Source: Camelus ferus
Lineage: Eukaryota
Length of the DNA: 64,000 nt
Assembly: GCF_009834535.1 (NCBI RefSeq)
Contig: NC_045697.1
Coordinates: forward strand, 14,944,001 to 15,008,000
Reading direction: 5' to 3'
In this document: positions 61,531 to 64,000 of the stretch, piece by piece
Numbering within the stretch: position 1 is the first letter of the stretch
How the letters are laid out: every line of letters starts with the position of its first letter
Notes under the pieces: model-generated
Database searches by the model: none
What the model was told of the DNA's origin: nothing
Seen by the model: the letters and a program-made list of their open reading frames with translations, nothing else
Made by a program: the position numbers and the translations under genes

Positions 61531-63429
61531 GACATTTCAGAAAAGTCATATGGACTCACACATTCTTTCAAAATATTCTAGTCAGCAAGGTCATTTCAAG
61601 ACGTAAGTACCACGTAAGTACTGGCAGCTTGAGCCATCTCTCCAAGTTCTCTGCTCAGCTCATTTACAGTCCCCTCTGAGTAGTACTTCCCCTCCCTCTC
61701 ACTTTTTAAGGTTGGTCGCAGTCCTCTGAGATGACAGGCTGAGTGATGGTGACGAGAATGTGGTAATATAAAGCCCATAAACAGGAGAGGGCAAGAAGAG
61801 GTTCCCAGAGGACACGTCTGAGCGAGGGAGCCCTAGCTGTTTTAACATATGTGCAGATTACCGGTCTGCCCGCACACCCACATAGACCCGATCACAGTTG
61901 TTCTGAAGAAAGGATGATTAAACTCAGAAATGCAAACGTATGGGCTACAGTTGCTCTATTTCCTAAGCCTTAATGGCTTGGCGCTTCATCTTACACATAC
62001 AAACACAGTAGACAAAACCACCACATCAATAAGCAGCAGGTGCACCGTCTTTTCTCGCCAAGATATTATGCAAGTGTTAAGCCAAGCCGATCAGCAGAGG
62101 CACACATCCACTGGTTTCACTGCAGAATGTGGGAGGAGGAAGGGAGCGCTGAGCAGGCGGGTAAATTAAAACTCATCTGGCTTACAGAAGGGCCACTTAT
62201 TGCCCAGAGTTGGAAGGTGCCCAGGGGCACTCAAGAGGTCTAATTGCACTGACTAAGAGAAAATCCAGAGCTTGTGAATTTTGGAATGTTTAAGGCTCAA
62301 TGGGGAGTTTGCATACAAATGCAAAATGATTTAGAAAAAGGGAAGCTACCATAATAATCCTAATAACACCCATCTAGCACTGTGCTGAGGGTTTTGCTTA
62401 ACACCCCATTATCACCTCAAACTTATGGAATAGTGTATGGTGCACTATTTTATTGATACAGAAACTGAATCTTAGAGATATAAAGTAACTTTCCTAAAAT
62501 ATAGGTATTTTAGATGTATAGAGACATTGATATTATAGATGTAATAAATAAGATGTAGAAAGAGAATTTTAATCTAGAACTGCCTAAATTAGTAATTACT
62601 ATAACAAACTGCTATAACTCCCATCTTGATTGCTGGAAATCCTTCTATTTGAAATAGCTAGATTATTTCTAAGCACACACTCATACTCTAAAACAACTTC
62701 ACCTATTGCTAAAGGAGCCAGCTAATTGTCAAATTTTCTGGCAAATGTGGGTTCTGGAAGTATGATGTGTTATATCCAGAATGAATCTCTTATTTTAGCA
62801 AAATTTGATGCCTGTATTTTTCTATTTTTAGATACATCAGCAAACCTTGGTTTGTTCTGCATGAAGACTTTAAAGTAAATTCACCATGGTTTCTTTTATT
62901 TACTCTGCAATGTATTCAAACTCTAGGGCAAAAAGATATTTAAAGCATGCACTCAGGACAAATTATTTTAAAACTCAGTATAGGATATCATGTAGCTAAG
63001 CCAAGAAAACCACAATAAAACAATTTTGCCAAAATGGGTCTTAACGACTTAATAAATGCATCCGAATTCATACATACACTTCATTTCTTACAACTTTCCC
63101 TTTAACTCCCATACATAATTTATACTAACAACAGTATTGAAAAATGGATGGGTGCACCGAGATTTCTCATCCTGCTGTGCCTTTGTGCACTCTTTTCTCT
63201 CCTTTCCTTTCCTTTCCTCCATTTCTTAGCTGTACTTCAAGATTCAATTTGGTCCTCTTCTCTTCAGCAAGTCTTCCCTGACCTCTCCATTGGGTTAGGT
63301 GTCCATCTCAGATGTCCCAGGAGCATCCTGGACAAGTTGTCATCATCATCACTGTTTAGCTGTGGCAATAATAGTAGGAAGTCAGCAGGAGTCCTGGTAC
63401 CAGTGGTGGTGCTGGCAGCAGCATAACAG

Positions 63430-63585
63430 GAATACAAACAACACCAGCAGCCGCAGTGTTTGCCATGATCTGCATGCCTCCTACGTGCCAGGGACAGGAT
63501 CGAAGCCTTTAAATGTATTAACTCTAATCCACTGAAGTCCCGTGGATAAGCATGAATTAATTATCCCCCTTTACGACTGAGGGAA
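63430..63585 (-). mobile_element. MIR fragment
   Basis: CTACGTGCCAGG...TTATCCCCCTTTAC...GAGGGAA. Confidence 0.65.
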
Positions 63586-64000
63586 ACAACTTCTCTTCAT
63601 TTCTCTTTATCTGTTGCTACTTCTCCCTTATTATTTCTCATTTTCTGTCTTCATGCCACCCCCTTTTCTCCCCTTACTAAGTAGCTTAGATATATATTTA
63701 CATTTATTTTTCCCAAAGAACTATGTTTTGTATTTATGTTAGGTCTTCTATTTTTCTGATTTCTAAATCATTGATTTTTGAGTTTTTTCCTATTAAATTC
63801 CATCTTTCTTTTCTTAGGTTCATTTTATTTCTTTTTTTTTTTTTAACATTTGGATCCTGGATAGATTCATTTAATTATTCACATTTTATGAATGCAAGTA
63901 TTTAAGCCTGTGCTTACACTTCCCTAGTGCAATGCCTTAGTTGGGCCCCCTACTCTCTAAATCCATGTCTCATCAATTCTGAGACACACTTTTTAAGGTC

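Noticed and set aside
63148..63426. 92-aa ORF with a signal-peptide-like start (MGAPRFLILLCLCALFSLL...)
   Set aside because: The hydrophobicity follows from a pyrimidine-rich tract; no recognisable homology or splice structure
1..64000. CRISPR arrays, operons or other prokaryotic-type systems
   Set aside because: No regularly spaced repeats or dense ORFs; the repeat content is clearly mammalian

Overview
AT-rich mammalian genomic DNA, most likely from a camelid: it carries tRNA-derived SINEs with GGGGAGG(G)TATAGCTCAGTGG heads and artiodactyl/camelid-type L1 3' UTRs. There is no long protein-coding ORF, no prokaryotic gene, and no CRISPR array or rRNA. The supplied ORFs are chance ORFs, except two L1 ORF2 C-terminal fragments and possibly the first 18 codons of 47107..47298. 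A large part of the window is recognisable interspersed repeat: MIR, L2, L1, MaLR/MLT1, ERVL LTR16, two ERV1-type solo LTRs with intact 4-bp TSDs, and hAT and Tigger DNA elements. The unique sequence looks like the interior of a very long intron region of a minus-strand gene. The strongest genic signal is a short minus-strand coding first exon at 2416-2347 (MNENFVDVMVTVFFQIKPRRRIK, phase-1 donor AAG|GTAAGG). It aligns by eye with the KChIP1/KCNIP1 N-terminal exon (MGAVMGTFSSLQTKQRRPSK|D), which points to the multi-promoter gene KCNIP4. Further minus-strand phase-1 candidates (47298-47244, 44183/44145-44046 and a 12-nt microexon at 29212-29201) suggest an array of interchangeable N-terminal modules. 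Gene identity and exon usage are inferred from motifs and remembered family sequences, not from a database search. Repeat subfamily names and old-repeat boundaries are approximate.
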